The translations under genes and the position numbers were made by a program. From an uncultured Alphaproteobacteria bacterium (lineage in GTDB: Bacteria; Pseudomonadota; Alphaproteobacteria; Rs-D84), in NCBI GenBank assembly GCA_951801825.1, contig CATOOF010000001.1, forward strand, positions 200,936 through 264,935: a stretch of 64,000 bases of DNA, read 5' to 3'. The notes beneath the pieces were generated by a model, which was given only the letters and a program-made list of their open reading frames with translations, was not told the DNA's origin and made no database searches. Below are positions 11,799-21,910 of this stretch, one piece after another (the stretch's first letter is position 1; every line of letters begins with the position of its first letter).

Positions 11799-12767
11799 TT
11801 AATTCGTCTCACATTCAACTATATCATAATTGCGGGGGTCGCTGAACAGTTTTTTCAAAACAACGTTGTTCATTGCATGACTGCCCTTGTACGATTCCAA
11901 CCGTCCCGCAATCATCCCCCCGGACGTCGCCATGTCACCGACCGCATCTATAATTTTGTGACGCACAAACTCGTCGGGCCATATCAGCGCATTCAGTGTT
12001 CCATCCCCTGCATCGTTTAGCGCAATTACATTCGTTTCATCCGCGCCGCGCCCCATTCCGCGGGCTTTTAAATATTCCCATTCCGAATATTTTCCAAACG
12101 TGCGGGCACGTGCAATGTTTCCGATAAAATCAGCCACGGATTGTTTTGAACCATCAAACTTGTATTCATATGTTTGTCTGCCGATTATCTTTTCGCGATA
12201 AACCAGCGTGGCAGAAATATCCAGCGCCCCGCCGTCATTTGGCACCAGCTTTACATATCCGTCACTGCGCCGGCCCGACATCAAATCATAAAACCACAGT
12301 TTTATGCGCAACCCCAATGGCAACATCCGCCGAACATCACGCGCCAATGCAACAACAGGCCGCCGCACAACAATTTTTTTCATTTTTCCCGGCGTCACGC
12401 CCGCCCCGCGAAAAGCATCAATAAACACGGCCGCACTGCCGTCCAGTATTGGTGTTTCCTGACCGTTGATTTCTATAATCGCACTATCTATGCCGGAAAT
12501 AAACAATGCCGCCATCAAATGCTCTATTGTCTGAACATGGGCGCCGCCGGGCATGCCAATTGTGGTATTGCGCATCTTTGTATCGCCAACGTTATCAAAA
12601 CGCGCCTCTATCAGTTCGCTGTTGGGTATATCAATGCGATGGAAAAATATACCTTTCCGGTCGAACGGACGAACCACAATTTTTACCGCGGCGCCCGAAT
12701 GTATCCCGCGCCCGGACAATACTACTTCTTTCTTTAACGTCGGCATGCCAGTTTCTCCTTTAGCCAA
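11799..12767 (-). CDS. lpxC: UDP-3-O-acyl-N-acetylglucosamine deacetylase
   Basis: LpxC signature regions GRGIHSG and GDMATSGG...SHAMNN. The real start is probably MPTLKK, a little inside the ORF. Confidence 0.85.
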   Translation of the reverse strand: MAKGETGMPTLKKEVVLSGRGIHSGAAVKIVVRPFDRKGIFFHRIDIPNSELIEARFDNVGDTKMRNTTIGMPGGAHVQTIEHLMAALFISGIDSAIIEINGQETPILDGSAAVFIDAFRGAGVTPGKMKKIVVRRPVVALARDVRRMLPLGLRIKLWFYDLMSGRRSDGYVKLVPNDGGALDISATLVYREKIIGRQTYEYKFDGSKQSVADFIGNIARARTFGKYSEWEYLKARGMGRGADETNVIALNDAGDGTLNALIWPDEFVRHKIIDAVGDMATSGGMIAGRLESYKGSHAMNNVVLKKLFSDPRNYDIVECETN

Positions 12768-13648
12768 TCATAAAACCCGCTATCAATAACTGTTTTCAGT
12801 TCGGCATATTTTATTTCATCTCGGACCGCATGCGGCAAACGAACCCAGTCCTTTTCCGTCGTAACCAGTCGCGCACCACGGCGTTGGGCCGCGTTACGCA
12901 AACGAGACACATCTTCATCCGTATATTGGTAATGATCGGCAAAACTTTTTTTATAAACAATATTTTTCAGCGCTGAAAAAAACTTTTTAGGATATCCTAT
13001 GCCTGCAAACGCGGCCAGCCGGGTCTTTTCCCCGTATGGCGAGACCGTTTCATTATGTGCATAAAAAACAGGAATCCCGTCCGGTAATTTCAATCGGCGT
13101 TTTTTCTTTGCACCCGTCTTGATAACAATTATTGCATCCGCCCGCCGCGCGGCCCGCATCGGTTCGCGCAGTGGACCGGCCGGCAAAACAAACCCGTTTC
13201 CCGCGCCCAATCCCTCATCAAACACCAATATAGAAATGTCTTTTTTTATACGCGGATTCTGGAATCCGTCATCCATTACAATCGGCCCGTCGTCATTTTG
13301 CGCGTTTAACAGACAAACATTGCTTTTTCTGTCGCCGGTATGAACCTGAATGCCATGCCGGCTAAGCATTAATGCCTCATCCCCGATGTTTCCGGTTTTT
13401 ATACCCTTTTTATATCCGCGCATTACTACCGGCGCCCCCAGGTATGATGCAATCGCACGCACAACCGGCGTCTTGCCAACACCGCCGGCAAAAATATTTC
13501 CAACACATACAATCTTGCGCTTTGACCTGTACGCGCCAATTTTACGTACGCCGTATACAAAACGCGACATCATGTAATATACAACCGAAAACGGCCATAA
13601 AACAAACGATATTGGCGTCTTTCTCAAAAACCACCACGGAGTTTTCAT
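12734..13648 (-). CDS. lpxK: Tetraacyldisaccharide 4'-kinase
   Basis: P-loop VGNIFAGGVGKTP characteristic of LpxK. 304 aa. Confidence 0.8.
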   Translation of the reverse strand: MKTPWWFLRKTPISFVLWPFSVVYYMMSRFVYGVRKIGAYRSKRKIVCVGNIFAGGVGKTPVVRAIASYLGAPVVMRGYKKGIKTGNIGDEALMLSRHGIQVHTGDRKSNVCLLNAQNDDGPIVMDDGFQNPRIKKDISILVFDEGLGAGNGFVLPAGPLREPMRAARRADAIIVIKTGAKKKRRLKLPDGIPVFYAHNETVSPYGEKTRLAAFAGIGYPKKFFSALKNIVYKKSFADHYQYTDEDVSRLRNAAQRRGARLVTTEKDWVRLPHAVRDEIKYAELKTVIDSGFYDWLKEKLACRR

Positions 13649-14451
13649 TTCCTGCTCTGCTTTTTATTTTTTTTAGCATTTTTGCGTGCGGCCTTTTCAG
13701 CCCGCATGGCATCCTTGAAACGCCGCGCTGTTAAATCCTGTTCGGCCGGCTCCAACCCGAATTCTGCATCCATTTCACGCATTTGCCCAACCATGTATTC
13801 TTCAAGACTTTTACGCGCCGCCTCAAAATCTTTATCCGATGCCTTTCTGTCTATAAAGACCGGATTACCAACGTTACACGTAATCTTGCCAAAAGGCAAC
13901 GCGACCAAATACCTGTCCCAACGCTTTTGCAGACGCGCCCGCGATGCAGAAAAGCATACGGGAATAATTGGCGCACCACTCATTTTTGCAAAATACAACG
14001 CACCGTCTTGAACGCGCAAGGACGGGCCGCCAGGTCCATCGGGGGATATGCAAACAGAATAGCCGCCCTGGCGCAATACACGCACGCCCTGGCGCAGAAC
14101 CGATATTCCGCCATCAGAGGTACTGCCGTAAATTGAACGTAATCCGAATAAATTCTGTAATTTTGCCATCATTCGCCCGTCTTTATGACGACTTGCCACG
14201 GCATAAGAACGCATACCGCGCATGCAGACAATCGGTGACAACATCATACTGCGCCCATGCCAAAACACAAAAATAGCAGGTTTTCTGCGGTATTTACGAA
14301 AAACCTCTATATTTTTTATACGCAGACGCGATGTAAAATAAACAAACCAAATAGATACCGCCATTAACAAAGCGATAATCCACTGAAATATCGGCAGACG
14401 TAAAACAGGTTCCCAAAAACCCTTCCATAATTTTCTAAAAGTTATTTCCAT
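13645..14451 (-). CDS. DUF374-type lysophospholipid acyltransferase-like protein, commonly linked to lpxK/waaA
   Basis: N-terminal TM and an acyltransferase-like core. A 4-nt overlap with lpxK. The call rests on gene context. Confidence 0.45.
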   Translation of the reverse strand: MEITFRKLWKGFWEPVLRLPIFQWIIALLMAVSIWFVYFTSRLRIKNIEVFRKYRRKPAIFVFWHGRSMMLSPIVCMRGMRSYAVASRHKDGRMMAKLQNLFGLRSIYGSTSDGGISVLRQGVRVLRQGGYSVCISPDGPGGPSLRVQDGALYFAKMSGAPIIPVCFSASRARLQKRWDRYLVALPFGKITCNVGNPVFIDRKASDKDFEAARKSLEEYMVGQMREMDAEFGLEPAEQDLTARRFKDAMRAEKAARKNAKKNKKQSRK

Positions 14452-14679
14452 ATTATATTACCTTGCTATATAAATCTGTAAGATATTAGCAGTAAAAAAA
14501 TGATAATTCAAGAAAGGATAGGTATTTAGTCATTATATCATGGCGGCAACAAAACAATAGATAACGACAAAAAAATCTCATTATAGTTGTATAAAAAGTT
14601 AAAAATTAGAAGAAATTCGGAAAAAGTTCATTTTTTAATTGACAGTAAAAGATATAAAGCTATAATGACAGAACGTTGA

Positions 14680-14756
<77 letters not shown>

Positions 14757-14898
14757 AGATTTTCCGCAGAATTCTGCGGATTTTTTATTACTCTCCCCAC
14801 CATCAAATTTTCCCGTTTGCTATGTATTTGCTATGGATGGCATTTGCGACCATTAACGATTTCCGTTGAATATTAAGGATAATAGTATAGGCTAAATC

Positions 14899-15645
14899 AT
14901 GTCTTCAAAGGAGATTTGTATGAATTATACAGAATGGGTTGATATTAAGCCACTGAAAAAATGCACGTTGCAACAGGCATGTGAATTTGCCGCCTTTAAT
15001 TGGGAACCGGTGGACGACTTTACCGACAAGACACTGAAAAGACCATCCGACCGAACAAGCGCAAATGAACGCAACGACACAATTTGGCAAAACAAAATGA
15101 AAACAGCCGAAGACAAGATAACATATTTCCTTAGAGCTAATAAACTGATTGCCTCCGGCAAGGTCAAAACCAAACGGATTGAAAAAATTGACCTGTCAAC
15201 TGACTGTGTTATTAACATTGAAAACAATGCAATAACAGACGACGCACACACATACACGGACATAGAACTTGATTTCTATGAACTGCAAAGCATACTAAAA
15301 CACCCACTGTCACGAATGCACTTTACATTGTCGCTGGAAAACGACTGTATTTTCTTAACCATTGATGATAACGCTGTAAAAATACTCGTCAAACGCCTGC
15401 AGGCCACAGCCAAAAACACCAGCATCATCAGAAATATTATGAACAACCCGAACAAACTGATTACACGCGACGAATTTGCAAACATTGACAAGTACGATAG
15501 AATTGACCAAATACTTGACAGCTGCTTACCAAGTGACATTTATCATCTGTTTTTTGATTGCACATCAAATTCGGCACTTTTTAACCCAAACGCATCCGAT
15601 ATAGATTTACAAAAACACGGCATAAAAACACTGACAGTCGTATAA
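14899..15645 (+). CDS. Hypothetical protein (island cargo, 248 aa)
   Basis: AT-rich ORF followed by a rho-independent terminator at about 15664-15713. Confidence 0.4.
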   Translation: MSSKEICMNYTEWVDIKPLKKCTLQQACEFAAFNWEPVDDFTDKTLKRPSDRTSANERNDTIWQNKMKTAEDKITYFLRANKLIASGKVKTKRIEKIDLSTDCVINIENNAITDDAHTYTDIELDFYELQSILKHPLSRMHFTLSLENDCIFLTIDDNAVKILVKRLQATAKNTSIIRNIMNNPNKLITRDEFANIDKYDRIDQILDSCLPSDIYHLFFDCTSNSALFNPNASDIDLQKHGIKTLTVV

Positions 15646-15799
15646 AAGCGTCATCATTTCCATAAAAAAACGCACCCAAATTCATAACAAAGGGTGCTTT
15701 TTTTATGCAAAGAAAAAGACACATACACCTTTCGTCTTTTCCTCAGTATTTTCAATCAGCATAAGGTATCATAACATTATAAAACCAAAAGGTTATACT

Positions 15800-16009
15800 A
15801 TGAATGAAATTAAACTCCAACTACTTGACCAAAAGATGGCGGCGACCTATCTGGGAACAACCGTCGCCAGTATGAACACATTGCGCGCCCAGAACAAGTT
15901 GAACATCCCGTTTGTTCGCTTTGGACGTCGCATTAAATACAAACGCGAAGACCTTGACGCATGGATTGCACAAAATCGCGTTGTACCAACAACAGACACC
16001 AACTTCTAA
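15800..16009 (+). CDS. AlpA/excisionase-family helix-turn-helix DNA-binding protein
   Basis: 69 aa. The pattern YLG...S....L......P.V.FG.R..Y...DLD.WI is typical of the AlpA/Xis phage regulatory family. Confidence 0.6.
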   Translation: MNEIKLQLLDQKMAATYLGTTVASMNTLRAQNKLNIPFVRFGRRIKYKREDLDAWIAQNRVVPTTDTNF

Positions 16010-16132
16010 CCTTTCGTTTATGACGCTGAACTGTGCTTTACATGGCTATTTACCAGCGCATAGACCAAACACAAAACCACAACTGCCATAAATACATGCG
16101 CAGTTAAAGTAACCATTAGGGAACAGATAATC

Positions 16133-16951
16133 ATGAAGGATAGAAAGGAGATAATTGAATGGATAAATAACCAAATCAACACAGAAACGTTATTCTTGTC
16201 GGTTCATTTTGATACGCCACCAACAACCAAAGAAGAAATTTGCGCCCGTTGCCGACCGATATTCAAACACCTGTTCAGAAGTCTTGTCGGTCGTCATTGG
16301 CTTAAAGCATACAACCGTTATTTCACTGTCATAGGCTTTCAGGAATACGGTAAATACGGAAACATGCACGCACATTTCTTGCTTGTATGCCGGACAAAGT
16401 TTAACGCCACAACGGTATTAAAACGCTTAATAACCCTGTCCGACATTATAAAAATGGATGTATGGCAATCCGAAACCGACAAAGCCACACAAAACAAACG
16501 ATATTCAAATGACATTGTTATAAAACAGACATATTCCAGCGATGTCATCAACTATACAACCAAAGAGATACGCATCTTTAATCAACGCATCAGCGACACC
16601 CTGATTCTTGATGTAGATTTGTTTAACAAGACAACCATAGGAGAAAACGACATGTCAAATTCTCATCCGAACACCAGCGGCCTGACCCCGTTCAACAAGA
16701 TGGACGCTGACGAACGCCGTAAAATACAGAGCGCGGGTGGCATCGCCCGTTCAGAGAAAGCCCGACAGTTAAAAAGTATGACTGAAATAATCAACGGCCT
16801 GCGCATAGCATCAGATACCGACCCAATAGAATCCGCCGTTTCCAATCTGTATTTCAGTTTGATTGACCCGACAGTATCCGTCAATGAACGACTGCGTATA
16901 CTTACCACCCTTTACAAGATAATCGGGACAGAAAAAACAAAACCGGAATGA
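16133..16951 (+). CDS. Rolling-circle replication initiator, HUH endonuclease superfamily (putative)
   Basis: Motif 2 is HUHUUU (NMHAHFLLV). Motif 3 is YxxK (VINYTTKEI). A motif-1-like TLFLSVHF lies upstream. Confidence 0.55.
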   Translation: MKDRKEIIEWINNQINTETLFLSVHFDTPPTTKEEICARCRPIFKHLFRSLVGRHWLKAYNRYFTVIGFQEYGKYGNMHAHFLLVCRTKFNATTVLKRLITLSDIIKMDVWQSETDKATQNKRYSNDIVIKQTYSSDVINYTTKEIRIFNQRISDTLILDVDLFNKTTIGENDMSNSHPNTSGLTPFNKMDADERRKIQSAGGIARSEKARQLKSMTEIINGLRIASDTDPIESAVSNLYFSLIDPTVSVNERLRILTTLYKIIGTEKTKPE

Positions 16952-17097
16952 CCTACTGCACAGGCGAACGACAGAGCATAACAACATCCGATTTACAGGG
17001 CAATGACAGGGCATATCAGCCCTGTTTTTATACTTTTACGCTCGCCAACAAAAACATCTTTTCACTGCACAATCACTGCTGACTGGCACACCACACC

Positions 17098-17469
17098 TTA
17101 TTTAATCACATCATCCTTTTTTGTTTTGTTGTCACATATAAAGCAATCACTGACTCGCATTTGGCACAAATCCCACTGCAAATTCATTTCGTCATATTTC
17201 TTCTTAACTGTCGCACTTGGATTTTGCATGGCTATCAAGAAAAGGTCACTTCTTTCCTTATAAAAATCTATGGCAGATTGATTTGACACAAAACCGTACT
17301 TACTACACTTAATATCTTTTTTATATTCTTTTAAACACTCGCAAAATTCTACGTTTTCCTTTTTTGTGCGAACAGGCATACAATTATCATACAAAAACAA
17401 TCCAACACACCCGACAACAGCAATCCCAAAAATTACCAACAATACTTTCAATACCTTTTTGACATTCAT
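17098..17469 (-). CDS. Small Cys-rich membrane-anchored or secreted protein (123 aa)
   Basis: N-terminal hydrophobic segment and 8 Cys residues. AT-rich island cargo. Confidence 0.4.
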   Translation of the reverse strand: MNVKKVLKVLLVIFGIAVVGCVGLFLYDNCMPVRTKKENVEFCECLKEYKKDIKCSKYGFVSNQSAIDFYKERSDLFLIAMQNPSATVKKKYDEMNLQWDLCQMRVSDCFICDNKTKKDDVIK

Positions 17470-17490
17470 TTTGTTCTCCCTTGTTTCAAA

Positions 17491-17937
17491 TTAAAAACAC
17501 TTATCAAATTGTGAATTCGTTATATACGCGTCATATTGTGATGAATGTTCTTCATCATAGTAGATAGGCGAAAACATACATTCTCGTTTTACACATTCCG
17601 ACGCTCTGTGCGCCCATCCCCAACAATCCGAATGGCCATCATATACACAGCGGTCATAAAGACGATTCCCGTAACCGGTCGCAAACCAACCAATCCCATC
17701 CAAATAATCAATATAGTCTTCGCACTTTATGCGCGCCTTTTCCCACTTCTCTTTCTTTTCCCTTTCAACCCGTGCGGCTTGGCGTTGTTGTTCCTTATAT
17801 TCCTCCTGAATAGACTTTACTCGCGTTATACACGCATAATTTAACACATGGCATTCATATTTTTCTTCGCCGACTGTGTACACTTGTGAACACCCGCCAA
17901 CAAGCATCATCGCAACCAAAATAACCATTTTTCGCAT
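17491..17937 (-). CDS. Cys-rich lipoprotein (148 aa from MRKM)
   Basis: Lipobox MRKMVILVAMMLVGGCS. 10 Cys in the mature part. Coiled-coil-like segment rich in E/K/R. Confidence 0.4.
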   Translation of the reverse strand: MRKMVILVAMMLVGGCSQVYTVGEEKYECHVLNYACITRVKSIQEEYKEQQRQAARVEREKKEKWEKARIKCEDYIDYLDGIGWFATGYGNRLYDRCVYDGHSDCWGWAHRASECVKRECMFSPIYYDEEHSSQYDAYITNSQFDKCF

Positions 17938-18241
17938 AATAACACACCACCTTTTGTTTACGCAAAAGATGGTGCGGGGAATTAAAGAAATCACTATACA
18001 GATGACCCCGATAGCTTTCGGATATAATCCTGTTTTATGGCTACCGGTTCCCCGCTTTCCCAGCGGGGATATGAAATTTATGGTGCCATATCCCGGCACA
18101 CCCTGTATAGCGCGGTTCTTTACGCCACGGCATCCTCTGCGGATACAGTACTCAAAATACCCAAAAACGAGAAAAAAGTCAAATTATTAAAAACATCACG
18201 CTCTGATTTCTCATCATTATAACACTTCAGTTAATTAACAA

Positions 18242-19267
18242 TTGAAACAAATAAAATATGATATAAAATCAAGAAAAAGGATACCAATTATGAAAACAAC
18301 CAATGAAGCCGAAAATATGGCCAAAGCTTTATCCGTCACCGACATGTCTCTAGAAGAAGCAATGGTTAAACTTGGTAAAAAAACAGAACCCCCAAAAACC
18401 ATACCAACAGATTTTATTCAAGACGGCTGTTCGGAAGTGTCATTGTTTAAAAATCACCCTATTCGTAAAATATTCCACAAAAACGAATGGTTTTATTCAA
18501 TAGTGGACATTATAAGAGTTATCGTTGGGACAGACAGACCTAGAAAATACTGGGGAGACCTAAAAGATAAACTATTGAACACAGAAGGTTTTTTTGACAT
18601 TTCCGACAAAATCAACAAACTCAAAATGGTTTCTTCTGATGGAAAAAAATACCCAACTGAAGCCGCTGATGCCGAAACCATCTTCCGTATAATACAATCA
18701 ATTCCAAGCCCAAATGCCGAACCATTTAAACGGTGGTTTGCAAGGGTTGCATATGAACGAATACAAGAAATTCAGAATCCTGAAGTCGGTGCCAGAAGGA
18801 TAATGATGCTTTATAAAGCAAAAGGGTATTCAGACGAATGGATTGCCAATCGTATAAAGACTATTGCCGCGCGTAAAGAATTGACCGACGAATGGCAAAG
18901 ACGAGGCATAACAAGTGCAGGCGAATTCGCAATCTTAACAAACATTATTAATAAAGAAACTTTTGATAAGAATGTACAAGACCATAAAACTCTCAAAGGT
19001 TTGAGTAAAACAGATGATTTACGCGACCACATGACACCTATTGAACTTGCTTTGACAATGCTTGCAGAAACAACAACTAAAGAATTCGCGAAAAGTATGA
19101 ATGCCCAAGGAATGAAATCAAATGCCGACGCCGCCAAAAAAGGAGGCGAAGTAGGAAAAGCGGCTCGTATCAGTATAGAACGAAAACTAGGTAAATCAGT
19201 AGTATCCGAAACAAATTATTTAACTCCAAGACAAAAGCAAATGCGGATTGAAAATAAAAAGTCATAA
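18242..19267 (+). CDS. DinD-like / Bro-N domain protein (DNA-damage-inducible protein D family), paralog 1
   Basis: Shares long conserved blocks with the ORF at 21910-22734, for example WFYSIVDIIRVIVGTDRPRKYW, IQSIPSPNAEPFKRWFA and ARKELTDEW. Followed by a terminator at 19270-19298. Confidence 0.55.
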   Translation: MKQIKYDIKSRKRIPIMKTTNEAENMAKALSVTDMSLEEAMVKLGKKTEPPKTIPTDFIQDGCSEVSLFKNHPIRKIFHKNEWFYSIVDIIRVIVGTDRPRKYWGDLKDKLLNTEGFFDISDKINKLKMVSSDGKKYPTEAADAETIFRIIQSIPSPNAEPFKRWFARVAYERIQEIQNPEVGARRIMMLYKAKGYSDEWIANRIKTIAARKELTDEWQRRGITSAGEFAILTNIINKETFDKNVQDHKTLKGLSKTDDLRDHMTPIELALTMLAETTTKEFAKSMNAQGMKSNADAAKKGGEVGKAARISIERKLGKSVVSETNYLTPRQKQMRIENKKS

Positions 19268-19461
19268 ATATAAAACCGGTCATACGACCGGTTTTTATCA
19301 TTTTTCTTTTCTGACGCCTTTAAAAGGTCTTCCATCAGATTTAACATCCATAAATTGCCCTGTCGCACCATTTCGTTTAACATAGCAACCATTTGTCGGA
19401 TTAAAACATTGAGACCGTTCTCTAACAGCCCCTATTCTACGGTTGTCTCCATATGGATTAT

Positions 19462-19716
19462 TTACAGCCATCCCAAACCTCCTACTGTATTACAACAAGT
19501 TCCCTTCATACATTCACATCGATTTCCTGCTCGTACCAAAGCAAGTATTTTTATGGTTGATGTAAAAGGGTCTGGACTTTTATGATTTGAATTACCATAC
19601 GAACTGGTATTCACATGACACTGATGACATAATACCATCGCATTATCCAAACCATTACCACCATCCACTCTTTTGTGATGAACTTCTAAACCATACGTTC
19701 TTGCACATCTTGACAT
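19462..19716 (-). CDS. HNH endonuclease (small, 84 aa), possibly disrupted
   Basis: HNH core EVHHKRVDGGNGLDNAMVLCHQCH. A 57-aa ORF at 19301-19471 overlaps its 3' end in another frame. Confidence 0.55.
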   Translation of the reverse strand: MSRCARTYGLEVHHKRVDGGNGLDNAMVLCHQCHVNTSSYGNSNHKSPDPFTSTIKILALVRAGNRCECMKGTCCNTVGGLGWL

Positions 19717-20094
19717 GTTAATTCCTTTTTGTTGTCAAGGCGGCAATCATACCCAAGACAAAGTAATTGCCATATCTTCGGGACTTTGTTATAATGGGCT
19801 TGTTCTGGGGGCCCAGTTATAGGTATCCCATATGTAAGGATTGTGATAACATAAATCGCAATCCTTGCGTAAATTACAACATATAGTCATAATTTACATC
19901 CTATAACCACAACATATTGATTATCATTTCGATTCGCAACAGGAATAAACAAAATAAAGTTTATTTTTGTCTTTACTTTTAAAAATCGCAGAAAACTGCA
20001 CATTAGCGCCATAAACGAATCATTAAAATAATTTACTTAAATTAATTTGGTACATCATAATTGATATTAACTTATTCATATTTATAAATTTGAA

Positions 20095-21282
20095 TCAAGA
20101 TGACACTTTCCCCAACTCTAGCATCCGGTCAGTGGCTTTTTCCATAGCCGCACGAACGGGGTCGGCCGACAATCTGGCATAGACAAGAGTTGCGCTGGTT
20201 GATTTATGCCCCAGTGATTTGCCGATTATGTTTGTATTGGTACCGGTTATGGCCTCATAACTACCCATAGTACGTCGCAGGTCGTGCAGACGCAAGTTCT
20301 CTATTCCTGCCCTTGCCAGCAAATCCTGCCACGGTCTTTTCGGGTCTTCCAAATGGCCGCTTTTGCTCTTATTACTCGGTAAAACCCAGTCTGATTTCGC
20401 GTGCGGTTTGATTTTTTCAAACAATTCCCTTAATTGACTGGTTATCGGTACCTGCATAGGTTCACTGTTTTTGGTATCCGGCAGGTACATAAAACCGTTA
20501 TTCAAATCAATCTGCGACCAGCGCAAGGCCAGAATATTGCTACGACGCTGACCGGAAAAGAGTGAAATTATAACATAATTCTTAAAGACTTCGTTATTCT
20601 CCGCCCACAGCGCATTAAAAAATCGGCGAAATTCGTCGGATTGCAAGAACCTGTCACGGCTTTTTTCCGGGAATTTACGAATACCAGCGGCCGGGTTATT
20701 ATGACCCTTTACGTACCCATACTTCGCCGCAATTACGTACATATGCTTAATCAGGGACAATACACGGTTCGCCGTATACGGACTGTGCGTCTGTTTGGTC
20801 TGATTATGCAGTTTTTCCAGTTCGGATGTTTTGATACTAAGCAAGTACCGGTTATGAAAGTCCCCCAAACGATGTGTAAAGATACTGTCATCATTGGCGA
20901 CCGAACGGGGCTTTTTATGTACAAGCGAATATTCCGGCTTATAAACCGTTTCATAAAATTGTTTCAGCGTTATATCACGTAAGTTTTCACGACGTTTTTC
21001 CCCCGGATGCGTACCATTTTGTGATGCGTTTTCCGACTTTGTATGCGCCGCCGCACGTGCCGCCACCACCTTAAACTGTGGCCAGCGCCCTATTTTCGTT
21101 CGTACAGGCTTTTTCTCAAAGAACATATAATGATAAAAGGTCTTTGTCCCACCATACGTCACAATCAGCATCAAGCCGTCCTTTGACCCGGAATCGTAAT
21201 ATATGGCCTGCCCGTCCTCTTTGGCCGGAATCGGCAACGCCGCAATGCCCTTTTCTGTAAAATTGATGTGTTGTGCTTTCAT
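20095..21282 (-). CDS. int: Tyrosine-type site-specific integrase
   Basis: 395 aa. C-terminal catalytic region with the HDLRRT...GH...LVYARL pattern (R-H-R-Y). Lies inside the tRNA-bounded island. Confidence 0.85.
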   Translation of the reverse strand: MKAQHINFTEKGIAALPIPAKEDGQAIYYDSGSKDGLMLIVTYGGTKTFYHYMFFEKKPVRTKIGRWPQFKVVAARAAAHTKSENASQNGTHPGEKRRENLRDITLKQFYETVYKPEYSLVHKKPRSVANDDSIFTHRLGDFHNRYLLSIKTSELEKLHNQTKQTHSPYTANRVLSLIKHMYVIAAKYGYVKGHNNPAAGIRKFPEKSRDRFLQSDEFRRFFNALWAENNEVFKNYVIISLFSGQRRSNILALRWSQIDLNNGFMYLPDTKNSEPMQVPITSQLRELFEKIKPHAKSDWVLPSNKSKSGHLEDPKRPWQDLLARAGIENLRLHDLRRTMGSYEAITGTNTNIIGKSLGHKSTSATLVYARLSADPVRAAMEKATDRMLELGKVSS

Positions 21283-21283
21283 C

Positions 21284-21910
21284 TCAATCCCGTTCCCATT
21301 TGGCTACGTCATCCCAAATTCCAACTAAATCCATAAATTCCTTAAATAAAACACTCAGTTTATACGGATATATATCAGGGTTAAATGTTTCAAAAAATCC
21401 GGTTCCCAACAATGACAACAAAACAGCTGAACCTTTTGTTTTACTAACAGCTTTCTTTACAGCAAAAACATCTGCCGGCGCCAACTTTATAATTCCAAAA
21501 AGTTCACGATGTTGCTTTGATATAGCAATACTCGTCATTGGGTCTTTGTACGCTTTAACAATTTCCGCCAAAAATTGAATTTGCTCATAAGACAATTCAG
21601 AAAGTATTGTATTAAAATGATGAAATCGGGACGAAGACAACTGCTCTTTATTATTCATCCCAAGTATCAGCCTTGCCAAAAGACGAATATTATTCTTTCC
21701 GACCCCTTCATTAATATCATTTAATAATCTATAGACAATGGATAAAATATCATCTTGATTAACACGCGAAAAATCCCCATCACGCACTTCTTGCAAGATA
21801 ATCTCTTGCAGTTCTTTTTGTCTTCTTTGTAAAAAATGTTTGGCCATCTCTGTTGGCACGCCAATCAAAGAAGCCGCATCAGATATACAAGCAACCAATA
21901 AACCAGACAT
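21284..21910 (-). CDS. Hypothetical protein (208 aa) immediately upstream of int in the same operon
   Basis: Its stop abuts the int start. Overlaps the upstream DinD-like gene by 1 nt. Confidence 0.4.
   Translation of the reverse strand: MSGLLVACISDAASLIGVPTEMAKHFLQRRQKELQEIILQEVRDGDFSRVNQDDILSIVYRLLNDINEGVGKNNIRLLARLILGMNNKEQLSSSRFHHFNTILSELSYEQIQFLAEIVKAYKDPMTSIAISKQHRELFGIIKLAPADVFAVKKAVSKTKGSAVLLSLLGTGFFETFNPDIYPYKLSVLFKEFMDLVGIWDDVAKWERD

Noticed and set aside
11799-11818. Longer start (MNVRRIKK...) for the lipoprotein gene, overlapping lpxC by 20 nt
   Set aside because: The downstream in-frame ATG (MKKFLSV..., at 11785) gives a canonical signal peptide directly at the N-terminus and avoids the overlap.
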